Source: Mobula hypostoma (lineage: Eukaryota). Taken from it: 64,000 nucleotides of DNA. The notes beneath the pieces were generated by a model that did no database searches, was not told where the DNA came from, and was given only the letters and a program-made list of their open reading frames with translations. Below are positions 36,121-49,701 of this stretch, piece after piece. Within the stretch, counting starts at the first letter, position 1, and the number at the start of each line of letters is the position of its first letter. Location: NCBI RefSeq assembly GCF_963921235.1, contig NC_086097.1, forward strand, positions 239,942,001-240,006,000, read 5' to 3'. The position numbers were made by a program, and so were the translations under genes.

Positions 36121-38904
36121 AACAAAACACGTACACATATTTTGATGTACATGTGATAAGTTAACAAGTCTGAAATCTGAGATCTGAGAAGTACAGTCTA
36201 ACAAACATAGAGTAGAAAGCAAATATTATCTTGGTTTGAAATATTTTTTTAAAAAAACGTTCTCAGAAGAACAAACAAAAGCAATAAGGTTAACAATAGT
36301 GAAGTGGAACTGCAGACAATCCAACTCTATAATTATCTGGATGCAACAATGAAAAGATTCATAGTGCAACATGTATGGACAGGGGCCCATTTATCTTTAT
36401 GATCACTACTAGACAGATAATTGTGCTCCTGGAATTCAAAGCATATGACGGAACTCCATTAAAAATACCTCATCTTTAAAAGGTATAGTTTGGTCTCACA
36501 ATGGTGGATCAATAGCTATCATTTCACAAGGCAATAATTTCCTTCCACGACAGAACAATGTTTCGAAGGTCAAAAGAGCCTCTGGCTTAATGGAATGCTT
36601 GGATTAGATGTTCGGCAATTGTATCAAGTCTGGCAAGAAGAATGACGAGTGGAGGTTTATGGAACACAGAAGGAGAAATGTTATAAGATTGCGACAGAGC
36701 AAATCTAGTTAAAAATACTGTATGTTGAAGAGATTAAGCCAGTAATAATGCTTAGTTGCCAACAACAGAAAAGGCTACAGAAAATGAAGAAACAGCCAGT
36801 TCTTCAAAAGGCAAATCACTCTCCAACATTGAGTACTTTTTTATGGAGCACTACCACAAGAAACAGCATTCATCATCAAAGACCCTCACCATCCAGGCCA
36901 GACCATCAGGGAGAAGGTCATAAACCAGAAGGTTCAGGAACAGATATCACCCTACAGCCATCAGGGGACTGGCGTGGATAATTTCATTCTCACTACTGAT
37001 TCTACAACCTGCAGTCTCACTTTTAAGGACTTTTAACAACACATGTTCTCAGTGTGTTTTAATTGGCATAGTTTGTCTTATTTCACACATTGCTTGCTTG
37101 TCAGTCTTTGTTTATGTATAGTTCTTCATAAAATGTTTCTGTTTTTTTTCCTTTTTCCTTGCAAATGCCTGCAAGAAAATGAATCTCAAGGTAGTATATG
37201 GTAACAAACGTACTTTGATAATAAATTTACTTTGAACTTTGAATTTATACACAGATTCAGAATCTGACTCAGATTAAATTATCCATTGATAAAGGCATTT
37301 CTCTGCCTTTTCCAGGGGAAAGAGGAACCAAAAACATCTTTTATAAACACACAAACTCCCATAGTTATCAGCAAGGTAAAACAAAATAGGTCATTGAGCA
37401 ATATACAGTTAAGATGGTATATATGGACTTTCATAGAAACATAGAAACATAGACAATAGGTGCAGAAGTAGGCCATTCGGCCCTTCGAACCTGCACCGCC
37501 ATTCAGTATGATCATGGCTGATCATCCAACTCAAAACCCTGCACCAGCCTTCCTTCCATACCCCCTGATCCCTTTAGCCACAAGGGCCATATCTAACGCC
37601 CTCTTAAATATAGCCAATGAACTGACCTCAACTATTTCCTGTGGCAGAGAATTCCACAGATTCACCACTCTCTGTGTGAAGAAGTTTTTCCTAATCTCGG
37701 TCCTAAAAGGCTTCCCCTTTATCCTCAAACTGTGACCCCTCGTTCTGGACTTCCCCAACATCGGGAACAATCTTCCTGCATCTAGCCTGCCCAATCCCTT
37801 TAGGATTTTATACGTTTCAATCAGATCCCCCCTCAATCTTCTAAATTCCAACGAGTATAAGCCTAGTTCATCCAGTCTTTCATCATATGGAAGTCCTGCC
37901 ATCCCAGGAATCAATCTGGTGAACCTTACCCATGACCCTGGGATTAAGAGTCCCATGCTCTACTGACTGAAGTTTCAAAAGAAACTTGATAAAGGTCTGG
38001 ATAATAATCTCGTCACCAGTCTTGAAACCCATGAAACACAAAAGGCATGGATAGAGAATAAAAGCTAAGTAACAGGAAACATCACTTGGAGTATTGTGAT
38101 CAGTTTTAGGCCCCTTATCTTACAAAGCTGTGCTGACATTGGATAAGGTTCAAAGGAGGTTAATGAAAATGACTCTGGGATTGAAAGGCTTATCATATGA
38201 GGAGCATTTGATGGACCTGTGCCTGTACTCTTTCGAATTCAGAAGAATGAGGGGAGATCTCATTGAAACCTATCAAATGTTGAAAGGCCTTGATGTGGAG
38301 AGGATGTTTCCTATGGGGGGGGGATGTCTAAGACCAGAGGACACAGCCTCAGAACAGAGGAATGACCTTTTAGAATGAAGGAGGGGGAACTTCTTTAGTC
38401 AGAGTAGTGAATCTGTGGAATTTATTGCCACAGGAGGCTGTGGAGGCCAAATCAGTGAGTATATTTAAAGCAGGTTAGTCAGGGCATGAAGGGTTACAGG
38501 GAGAAAGCAGGAGACTGGGGCTGAGGGGGAAAATGGATCTGCCATAGTGAAATGGCAGCGTAGACTTGATGGCCAAATAACCTAATTCAGCTTCTATATC
38601 TTAGAGTCCTATGGAAACTGCATGAAACAAAGAACAGTGTATTTGTCAGGGTAGAGAGATGAGTACAGGAATCTGTATAAGCTGTGCTGTTTATCTTAGT
38701 ACGTATGTAGCATTGATTTGGACCTCTTATCTGTCGTTATGAGAGTTGATCCAGTGCTTCTAACCTGCTGAGGGTTTCAAGTATTTTCTATGTTTATTAA
38801 GGGCAGATCTTTAGCTGCTAGTTCAAATAACAACGATTATGTAACCACACAGCTGATCTGGTAAACAGGTGTCAGAAATAGGGCAGTACAGTAGTGTAGC
38901 GTTT

Positions 38905-39272
38905 ACTTCCTGCCATTATGCCACTGGCATTTAGGGCAGCAATGAAGTTCTTTCATCGCCGGCAGTGTCCAGGGGGCTTCTTTCATCATGTCAGTAGCTT
39001 CCTCTCTGTTTTTGCTACTATCAGTCACGCAAGTCCCAGGTGGAGACTTAGGAGGACAGATGTGAAGGGACTCTTCATTACTGTTATTGAACAAATTTTG
39101 TTTTACTTGTCAGGATTGCTAGCCCTGAACCTAGACAACTGGTGGACCACTCTTAGTCTGGCTTCTACTCTTTGACCTGTTTGGCATGAGCCAAAGCATA
39201 AAGCCCTAACTTCAGCCAACATGGCTGTCCAGGTCACTGAGGCGTGCAAGGCTCCATACCACAACAAGGTTT
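38905..39272 (-). mobile_element. RTE (Rex3/Expander-like) internally deleted non-autonomous element
   Basis: 5' CCTTGTTGTGG...CCAAACAGGTCAAAG..GCCAGACTAAGAGTGGTCCACC resembles an RTE 5' UTR. 3' GCTGCCCTAAATGCCAGTGGCATAATGG resembles an RTE tail. Confidence 0.5.
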
Positions 39273-41791
39273 CCTCCCACGTTTGTGGGTTTGAAGGTTA
39301 GTTGGTCAAGTTGGTGTAATTGGGAAAGGACTCATTGTGCCAGAAGGACCTGCTACCATGCTGTACATCTAAATAAATAAATGTTAAATAGATACTTGAT
39401 GAAGCCATCATGTGTAACCGTACCGTAACGTGGGAACAGGTTCACAGGTTTAGTGAGTGAGACTGAAGACTCTGACTATGAATAAGAACTTTTATCATTG
39501 ATTTACTAACAGTAAATTATTTGACCAAACATCAAAGCCTCCCCCCAAGTTACATAAGCTACAAAACTAAATATTCAACAGGCAGATATTTAGCTAAGAA
39601 TGCGTGCGGGCCTTGGAAGTCTGGAGCATACTTAGTGGTTCTTCAGCACTGGTTGTGACCTCAGTGTGAAACAGGCACTGGGGACAAAGGAGAGAGCGCG
39701 AGCCTCCTGCACATGCTAATCTTATATCCCTGAGGTCCCTGAGACCAGTGACCGGTGCCATGGCACACAAGGTAACCAATGGGAAAGAGCTTCTGCATCC
39801 TCCAAACGGGCCAGTCGATGACCGGCAAGATGGAAGCAGCTTTCACCCAACAAGTATACTAGCCCCTCCCACATAATACATACTTAACATGAAAGATGAA
39901 GGAAATAATTTGGATCTGTGTAACAATAACACAGGATTTTTAACAGTAAGTGGGGTGATGGGGGAGAGGGAGGGTTGATGCTTTGCTGCCGCTTGTGCAT
40001 GGGGGTTGGGGAGGAAACCTTCGGGACCTAACGTTTTTCTCTCTTTCTCATGGATGTCTGCGAAGAGTGAGGATTTCAAGTATATATTCTCAGACATTAA
40101 ATTGAAATCATTGAACCACTGAACACAATGTCTCCAGCATTTTGCATGTGTTACTCTGTATAACAGTGCCCAGGTCACCAGAAGGCATCATACCACTGGC
40201 AGGAGTAGCAAGAGATTCATAGGCTGTGATTCTACTGCCTGTCCGCCAGCCATGGAGACAATACACATCCTTCTCTTCATTAACTCAAATCCAAATGTCT
40301 GTACTGTACACCCTCAAAATCATCCATTGGCTCCAGCTGAATAATTCTGTAAATGACTTGTGCAATTTAATTAATCTTCAACAAAAGTTATATAATTGCT
40401 GATGCTTGGATTGCTTTTAAAGCTGTGCTTTATCTCAACTAATGAAACAATTTAGATAGATATTTGCATTCTTGTGATAAAGCTACAAGTCCTTGGCTTG
40501 GTTTATTTGTAAACCTAATGATCTATTATTTATACACTAAATCCAATTATCACTGATGACTCCCTTACTCATCCTTTTTCAGCCATTACATATAATCCAG
40601 ATAGCATTCCAAACTGCTAGACATTTTTAAACAACATCACAAACACGAGAAAATCTGCAGATGCTGGAAATCCAAAGCTGCACACACAAAATGCTGGAGG
40701 AGCTCAGCTGGTCAGGCAGCATCTGTGGAGAAGAGTAAACAGTCGATGATCTGGGTCGAGGCCCTTCAACAGAACTGGAAAGGATGCAGCGGTCAGAGTA
40801 AGAAGGTGGGGGGAGGGGAAGAAGAAGTTCAAGGTGGCAGGTGATAGGTGAATCCTGGAGAGGGGAGGGGGTGAAGTAAAGAGCTGGAAAGTTGACTGGT
40901 GTAAGAGATAAAGGGCTGGAGAAGGGGGAATCTGATAGGTGGGGCCAGGGTAGGCCATAGAACAAAGGGAAGGGAGAGGAGCACCAGAGGGAGGTGATGG
41001 GCAGGTAAGGAGATAAGGTGAGAGAGGGAAACAGGAATGGATAATGGTGAAGTAGAAGGGGGCAATGACTGGCAGCTCAAGATTATCAACATCAATATGT
41101 ATTAGGAGGCAGTAAGTAATTTAGTTATTTATTAATCATCGGTTTAGATCAACGAGCGAACCTTCAACTTTTGCTACCTAAAGCGATAAATTCTGAAAAT
41201 AAAATACAGTATGTTTCCCTCCTACTCACACAGTAACTTGACTTAGCAATGAATTGTTCTCCCTTTGCATTGTCAAATCGTCAGCTACTGGTGACGCCCA
41301 CATGTGACAAAGGACATTCAAATATGTCGAGCTGGCAAGCACTGTGAAGGAAGGCTAATGAGGATGAGGATTCATGGCCCACTGGGTCAGCTAGTTACCT
41401 CAGGTTGGTGATTCCAGAATCTTGTATCAGTGCAAGCAGAGGGCACGAGAGATGGTGACCACACCCACCACTTGGTATGCGAGTTGGCAAGGCCTGGGTC
41501 CTGTCATCAGCTGGACTTGGGGTCAATACCAAAGCTTGAAGCCCGATGGTCAATCACAAGTCCAGGAACTGAAGCTTTGTGGCCAGAGTTTTGGGACTTT
41601 GAGTCTGAAGTCCACTGAGGAAGTCGAAGGCCCATTACCCATGACTCTGCTGGAAGCCTGGCAACCTAACCAGATGTTGGAGGCCTGTCTGTGGAGGTAT
41701 GTGTGGGTGGGAGGAAAAGGGTTTGTTTTGTTGTGGCTATCTTATTGCTTGTTGTGTTCTGTACTGTTCTGTTCAACATTGTGGGCACTCT

Positions 41792-42520
41792 ACAGTCCAG
41801 TCAAAAGTTTTAGGCACAGGTGAAAACATTCTGTAAGTGAAGATGCTGTCAACAAGATTGAAATAAAATGTTTCTAAATTACAAACAACTTACTATAATG
41901 AGCAATAAACAGTACAAAAAAGCAGATCAATATTTGGAGTGACCACGCGTTGCTTTTAAAACTACATCACTTCTCTTAGGTATATTAATAGGCATCTGTT
42001 AGTCTCGTGAGACCATAGATTTGCGCCTTGCAAGGTTTCCAGGGCGCAGGCCTGGGCAAGGTTGTATGGAATACTGGCAGTTGCCCATGCTGCAAGTCTC
42101 CCCTCTCTACGCCACCGATGTTGTCCAGGGGAAGGGCACTAGGGCCGATACAGCTTAACACCAGTGTTGTCGCAGAGCAATGTGTGGTTAAGTGCCTTGC
42201 TCAAGGACACAACAAGCTGCCTCAGCTGAGGCTCGAACCAGTGACCTTCAGATCACTAGACCGATGCCTTAACCACTTGGCCACGCGCCAACACTTAGGT
42301 ATATTGTTGTACAGTTTTATAAGAAAATTGTCTGATTTTCAAGCATCTTGGGGAACTTGCTACAGTTCTTCTGCAGACTTTGGCTGTCTCACTTGCTTCT
42401 GTTTCTCCAGGCAATCCTAGACAGCCTCGATGATGTTAAAATCAGGGCTCAGTGGAGGCCATGCCACCTGAAAGCATATTAAAAAATATAGGGTGCTTAA
42501 GACTTTTGCAGAGCATTATA
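41792..42520. mobile_element. internally deleted Tc1-like DNA transposon containing a SINE
   Basis: TA|CAGTCCAGTCAAAAGTTTTAGGCAC left end and GGGTGCTTAAGACTTTTGCA right end. Confidence 0.65.
41987..42293 (-). mobile_element. tRNA-derived CORE-like SINE (family of 23144-23449)
   Basis: A and B boxes on the minus strand; TSD CTTAGGTATATT (41975-41986 and 42294-42305). Confidence 0.9.
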
Positions 42521-42767
42521 TGTTGGTGCTCTAATGTGTGACAACACTTCTAGGCTGACCCTGCACATCCTTACAATGTGTTGGTTAACACAAGCAGCTC
42601 ATTTCACCGTGTGTTTCAATGCACATACGGTAAATAAATGAATCTTAATCTTCACATGTAGAGGGTGTTTTCATCAGAAAGGATGCAGATCAAGAATGTA
42701 ACTTATCTTCTCAAGGACAATTATGTTTTGGCAATAAACCCTGGTCTTTCCATTAATATGGTGCATA

Positions 42768-43175
42768 CAGTCGTGTGCAAAAGCCTTGAGCACATATATA
42801 TAGCTAGAATGCCTAAGACCTTTGTACAGTACAGTAGAGGGAGGGCACGAGTGCAGACACACCCAGCCCTGAGTCACCAGGGAAGGTTATTTGATTCCAA
42901 ACACTTGATTTATTGTTCATTACAGCAACGTCTCTCTGTTGCTTCCCGCTCCCTCCCCTCTTCCTTCCCCTTTTCCCAACCATGATTCCCCTCTCCCTGT
43001 CCCCTTCCCACTGTCAGTCCACAATAGAAACCCATATCAGAATCAGGTTCATCATCACTCACATATATCATGATTTTAATTTTGCGGCAGTGGTACACTG
43101 CAATGCGTAAAATTACTACAGTACTGTGCAAAAGTACCTAGCATTATATATGTGTCTGACTTTTGCACAGTACTG
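42768..43175 (-). mobile_element. composite Tc1-like MITE with both flanking hairpins complete
   Basis: Hairpin MITEs at 42768-42834 and 43119-43175, each bounded by TA, enclose ~284 bp of cargo in reverse orientation relative to the 6879 copy. Confidence 0.75.
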
Positions 43176-44204
43176 TAAATGAAAAAGAAAAATACTTACT
43201 TTTCTGCCTATTGTTATTTAATTCTAACACTTCTTTCTTTAAATCCTGTATTGTGCTACTTATTGTTAGATCATTTCTTGCACCTCAGAGATCTTTATTG
43301 AAAACCACTCTACAGATGTTTCTAATGTTATTCTGAAGCAATCCTGAAGAATTCTTTGCATTGAAAAAACCTGTGATTTACTGTCATTATATGCATCCAA
43401 TCTAACAAAACTGAAGCACAGAGTTCAGAGTAACATAAGCAATTCAGCTTTCCTGAGGAAGTTACATGTCTTCTTTATGAAAAACAAAGGAGAAGAATCT
43501 ATCTCCATGGTAAATTTCCTAATAATTATTCAAAGTGCTTTGTTGCCTTTCTTATTTTTCACAGTTTGCGATAGTTTATTCTCTCTATACAACCATGATA
43601 TAAAACCAATCCTCGAGGGCTCCTTCAGTGATTTTTGTGATTAAGGCATTAAGTAAGATCCCAAATGTGCTGTGTTTCTTCAGCAATGGGAGCAATTGGC
43701 AATCATTGCAAAACATAACAGTAAGAAATATCTTAGTTAATAATGGAAGAGAGAGTGCTTTCATAATACAAGCACAACTTCCACCTAAAATGCTTTAATT
43801 GTAAGTTGATCACTGTCTCAATCAACTTTAATTTTGTCACATAACCATAAGATTATAAGATATAAGAGATGAGTTAGGCCCATTGAGTCTGCTCTGACAT
43901 TTCATCACGGCAAATCCTTTTCCCTCTCAGCCCCAATCCCCTGCCTTCTCTCCATATCCCTTCATGCCCTGACTAATCACGAAGCTATCAACCTCTGCCT
44001 TAAATATTCCCTAAGACTTGGCTTCCACAGCTGCCTAAGGCAACAAATTCCACACATTCACCATTCTCTGGATAAAGATTCAGGTCTCGGCCTGAAACTT
44101 CGACTGTACCTCTTCCTAGAGATGCTGCCTGGCCTGCTGCGTTCACCAGCAACTTTGATGTGTGTTGCTTGAATTTCCAGCATCTGCAGAATTCCTGTTG
44201 TTTC

Positions 44205-46490
44205 CAGTAACATAATGTTAGCTTGATAACATCATCATGACTGGAAAGAATGATGAAGAAAACCTTCAGAACCTTGGTAAAGTGCTTACCAGGCTGAATG
44301 AGTATGGTCTGCATGCAAAGAGAGAAATGTTTTTCAAGAATCGTATCTCATATTGCGAACATGTCATTAACAGGCATGGCTTACAGAAGTCACAAGAGAA
44401 GATTGAAGCAGTGCTGCAGGCACCCAAAGTAGAAAATGTGTCACAACTCAGGTCATACTTGGTCCTTGTGAACAACTATCACAGATTTCTCCCACTACAT
44501 GGGTACAGTGCTGCACCCATTGAACGCACTGTTGCAGACAGGAGCAAAGTGGGAATAGTCAGAAAGATGTGAAAAAGCATTCAAGGAAACAAAGAGACTA
44601 ATAACATCAGATGAACTGCCCACCCATTGTGACCTATTTATGCCCATCAAATAAAAAGTTTCACATATGAGGGGCGTCTGGCAGCTTTGGGCCCGTACTC
44701 ACTGGAATTTAGATGAATGCGGGGGAATCTCATTGAAAGCTACCGAATGTTGAAAGGATGAGATAGGGTGGACGAGGAAAGGATGTTTCCTATGGTGGGG
44801 GTATCTAGAACTAGAAAGCATAACCTCAAAATTGAGGGGTGACCTTTTATAACAGAGGCAAGGAGGATTTTTTTTTTTAGCCAGAGTGTAGCGAATCTGT
44901 GGAAGCTCTGCCAGAGACTGTGGTGGAGGCCAAGTTCGTCGGTATATGAAGGCAGAAGTTGATAGTTTCCTGATCAGTCACCCCATCAAAGGATATGGTG
45001 AGAAGGCAGGTGTATGGAGATGAGTGGGATCTAGGATCAGCCATGATGGAATGGTGGAGCATACTCGATGGGCTAAATGGCCTAATTCTGCTCTGTGTCT
45101 TATGGCATGCAACATATCCCTTATGGTATTGGTACCATTTTGTCACACACTATAAAAGATGGATCTGAAATTGCACTTGCTTCAAGATCACTGACGAGTG
45201 TAGAACACAATTATGTATAAATCGACCGAGAGGCCTTTAGTCTGGTATGGTGAGTAAAGAAATTCCATGAATACCTCTATGGGCAAAAGTTTACTCTAGT
45301 TGTAATGCGCTGTAAGGTTTCACTTCTAATGTAATGGTTTCTCTGTAGCAGGAATGTTTGGGTTATGACTAGAGATAACGGGGCTTTGGAATGTGAGGCT
45401 ATCCAGTGATCCAATAAACAAGATTTCTTAAGTTTGGCCAGGCCTGAGGGCTGTCTTGCCCTAAGTTAAGCCGCTAGCCAAACTGAGAGTTACATAGTGA
45501 TAGACCACTAGCCCTTATTTCCATTTTCAATCCCAGAAAGGGAACCCCAGTGATGTCTGCGACCCATTTGCAACTTTGGGCACTTTTCCTAGGAGCCCAT
45601 TCCTATGATATAGAGTTCAAGGGTACAAAACAACACAGCAACATTGATAGCCTGTCATGTCTTCCACTATTGACAACTGAAAAAGAAAAATCTTCATTCT
45701 GTGAGCGAGCAGAAGCATTTCACGCAGCGTTGGTGGAGCAGTTGCTGGTAACAAATTCTGAAATACAAAGAGAAATAAGAAATGACCTGACTTTGTTGAA
45801 AGTCAATGACATAACCATGCAAGGATGGCCAGCTCACGGCAATCCTCTGTTTCCAGATTTCTCAGTGAAACAGGACCAACTGTCGGTATGTCAAAGAACG
45901 CTGATGTGTGGCTCTCATGTTGTGGTTCCTTCTAAACTGCACACATGGTTGTTAGAAAATCTGCATGAAGGACTCCTGGGTACAGTCAAGATGAAGAGTC
46001 TCACGTGAAGCTACGTGTCATGGCCGGGAATAGATAGATGGAAGACTTGATGAAAAGCTATCTGGTATGCCCGCAAAGTTTAAATGTACCCCGCTGATGG
46101 ATGCTCAGCCCGAAAACACAGCTGAGCCCATTGCATCCAACAAGACAGCCACATTGCACCTACTGGAATTACCTCTCAGTGATGATCATGTCACTAACAG
46201 CAACATGGCACCCACAACAGAGAAAGTCGTCTTTGACAAGACACCTGCCAAATCTGGTGCCACTCCACAGGCCTCAGGGTGCTATCCTGAAAGAAGCAGA
46301 GCGCCACCCAAAAGACTGAATCTTTGGTATAGTGAAGTTACTTATGAACTGTCATTTAAAAAGAGAAAAATTGAGAAAGCACTGTTATTGTGAATGCATG
46401 TTTGTTTGGATTTTGTCTGTTAAAGGGGAAATGGAATATTTTGTTACATTTACAGTTTTATGTTACATTAATCTAAAAGGGGAAGTACTG
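44205..46490 (+). mobile_element. decayed Gypsy pol remnant (RT-RNase H-IN order) with nested insertions
   Basis: LDNIIMTGKNDEE.LQNL..VL.RL..YGL, ASRSL...E.NY..IDREA, KFTLVIDH, WALFL..HSYDIEF, VVVP..L...LL..LHEG..G.VKMK; PPT-like AAAAGGGGAAG at ~46475. Confidence 0.85.
45301..45494 (+). mobile_element. short solo LTR (194 bp)
   Basis: TGTAA...TTACA termini, 4-bp TSD TAGT (45297-45300 and 45495-45498), internal AATAAA. Removing it restores the RNase H motif KFTLVIDH. Confidence 0.85.
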
Positions 46491-48715
46491 TACTGTATGG
46501 ATCTATTTCTCTTAGAGGAATGACTCCCCTTAGCACTAATTATTGACTTAAATTACACATGCTCATTGATTTATTGTTCTCTCTGCAAAGTGAATATACC
46601 TGTTAACTTCTCCTTTGAGTGGGTTCATTTAATTATTTGATATATAGTTGCACAGACACAATAGATAGAGTAAATGTAAGCAGGCCCTTCCCACTGACAT
46701 TGTTCGACACTGCAACTAGAGGTCATAGATTAGGAGTGAAAGGTGAAATGTCTTCTTCCCTCGGAGCAAGCTGCCAGTGCAAGAGGGGGATGTGGGGTCG
46801 ATTTCAACGTTCAAGGGAAGTGTGGATAGGGACATTATGGGAGGGGTAAGGAGGGCTATGTTCCAGGTGCAGGTCGATGGGACTAGGTTATTTAAATGGT
46901 TTGGCACAGATGGATGGGCGCAAGGGCCTCTTTCCAGGTTGAAGTTTTCTATTCCCCTATGAGTCCATGATACATAAAATACTGGAGGAAATCAACAGGT
47001 CAGGCACTCTCTTGAATCCCACTGTAAAGAGTTTTAATGGAACTCTGAGTAAAATAACATGCTGTTATATATTTTAGCATGTTTGATTCCACACAACTGG
47101 CACTTTAGCAGATAATCTCAAACTTATACTTTATACTTTATTGTTGCCAAACAATTGATACTAGAGTGTACAATCACCACAGCGATATTTGATTCTGCGC
47201 TTCGTGCTCCCTGGAGTACAAATCGATAGTAAACATTAAAAATTTAAATTATAAATCATAAATAGAAAATAGAAAAGAGAAAGTAAGGTAATGCAAAAAA
47301 ATTGAGAGGCAGGTCCGGATATTTGGAAGGTACGGCCCAGATCCGGGTCAGGATCCGTTCAGTAGTCTTATCACAGTTGGAAAGAAGCTGTTCCCAAATC
47401 TGGCCGTACGAGTCTTCAAGCTCCTGTGCCTTCTCCCGGAGGGAAGAGGGACGAAAAGTGTGTTGGCTGGGTGGGTCGTGTCCTTGATTAGCCTGGCAGC
47501 ACTGCTCCGACAGCGTGCGGTGTAAAGTGAGTCCAAGGACATAAAATTTTGTTGGCAAAATTCAAGAATGTGTATGAGAGTTCTGGCCAATAGTTATTGC
47601 TCAAACAACATCTGAAACAGGTAATCTGGTCAGTCACCTACAGTATTATAAATAGGATTATTTACACTACTTACTTTAGAATAAAATATTACCCATCATA
47701 TAGCCTATATTAAGTGAATATACTTTAAAAGTTCCTCATTGAAACATCTGGAAGATCCAAAATTTTCTGTGGAACTACAATTTATTTCTATAATACCCTA
47801 AAAAATAACAAGATTCTTCAAAAAAAAAGAGCCTTTTCTTCACTTGACAGCGAGAACTGAAAATGTGTGAAACAAACAGCCTTGGAGGATAGTGAAGGAA
47901 GATAATGGGGTTGAAGTCAAAAGGGGTCTGGTAATTGATGATGCAAGTACAAATTGAGCACTAGAAATACTGCATATGCTTTAGACTTTGGAGCTAAGAA
48001 TGGACCAATTTTTAGATCTTACATAACCTTTTGGCACTCAACTCACCAGTTTGCTGAAGTTCATTAAGGAGGTGTGAACTGTATGGGTTTGCAGAAGATA
48101 CAGAGGAGATTAATTAAGCCAATACAGGCAGCCGAACCATGCAGCGTTGCAAGGAATATCCATAAGGGAGAAAAATACTGGTCAATAGCATTCCCAAATT
48201 TGTCAAGATAACAGGAGAGCAAATAACCATCTATCCTCGATTTGTAAAGCTCTGTCCACAGGTCCATCAGAATCACTGACCCCTCAGCATGGAAACAACT
48301 AACTGAGTCTGACTTTGATGATATTCTTTAACCTCCAGATGTCTACATGCCAAACCAGCTCAGATTCTGATTTACTGGTTCTGCACATATCCAGTACTTT
48401 GAAAAGAATTGTTTGCATTAACAACCGTCACAACCTAAGAATGAGTGGGACCAGCAGCTCACAAGTGTCGCCACACATTCTGGTACCGACAATGCACGCC
48501 CACAATGCTCAGCAGAGAAGAACCAACAGGAAGACAACAACAACAACAAAATGGAACAATGACAGAAAAGCTCTCTCACTCTCCCTCTCACCCACTCTTG
48601 CACACAAACATTCAGACCTCCAAACCCAGAACAGGCCATCTCCGGGATTCCAACCTCCTTTCCCTGTACCCAAGTCGTCAACCCGCAGTTATCAGGGCTC
48701 CGACTCACTGACTTA

Positions 48716-49515
48716 ATAGAGCATAGAACATAGAACGTAGAATAGTACAGCATAGTACAGACCCTTCGGCCCACAATGTTGTGCCGACCCTCAAACCCTG
48801 CCTCCCATATAACCCCCCTCCTTAAATTCCTCCATATACCTGTCTAGTAGTCTCTTAAATTTCACTAGTGTATCTGCCTCCACCACTGATTCAGGCAGTG
48901 CATTCCACGCACCAACCACTCTCTGAGTAAAAAACTTTCCTCTAATATCCCCCTTGAACTTCCCACCTCTTACCTTAAAACCATGTCCTCTTGTATTGAG
49001 CAGTGGTGCCCTGGGGAAGAGGTTCTGGCTGTCCACTCTATCTATTCCTCTTACTATCTTGTACATCTCTATCATGTCTCCTCTCATCCTCCTTCTCTCC
49101 AAAGGGTAAAGCCCTAGCTCCCTTAATCTCTGATCATAATGCATACTCTCTAAACCAGGCAGCATCCTGGTAAATTCCCTCTGTACCCTTTCCAATGCTT
49201 CCACATCCTTCCTATAGTGAGGCGACCAGAACAGGACACAGTTCTCCAAGTGTGGCCTAACCAGAGTTTTATAGAGCTGCATCATTACATCGTGACTCTT
49301 AAACTCTATCCCTCGACTTATGAAAGCTAACACCCCATAAGCTTTCTTAACTATCCTATCCACCTCTGAGGCAACTTTCAGGGATCTGTGGACATGTACC
49401 CCCAGATTCCTCTGCTCCTCCACACTACCAAGTATCCTGCCATTTACTTTGTACTCTGCCTTGGAGTTTGTCCTTCCAAAGTGTACCACCTCACACTTCT
49501 CCAGATTGAACTCCT
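48716..49515 (-). mobile_element. CR1 LINE 3' fragment
   Basis: ORF 48791-49489 with LYKTLVRPHLE.CV.FWSP and FFTQRVVGAWNALP; (TTCTATG)n tail. Confidence 0.95.
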
Positions 49516-49701
49516 GGAGAACAATAAGCCCCCACCTTCCAGATATACCATCACAGAGTCCAGTGTCTCTTTGTCTGATTTTGAACTCGTAATTAAATAA
49601 AATATATTTTTATTTATTTGAGAAGAGTGCAACTTACAGTGAAAGTTGACGTCTCAAAACAAAACAGCATATGCTGTTTTTGGTTTGGTTAAATTTCTTA
49701 T

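Noticed and set aside
48047..48078. 32-nt minus-strand micro-exon (AG...CTG|GTGAGT)
   Set aside because: Splice dinucleotides alone occur by chance; there is no supporting context.
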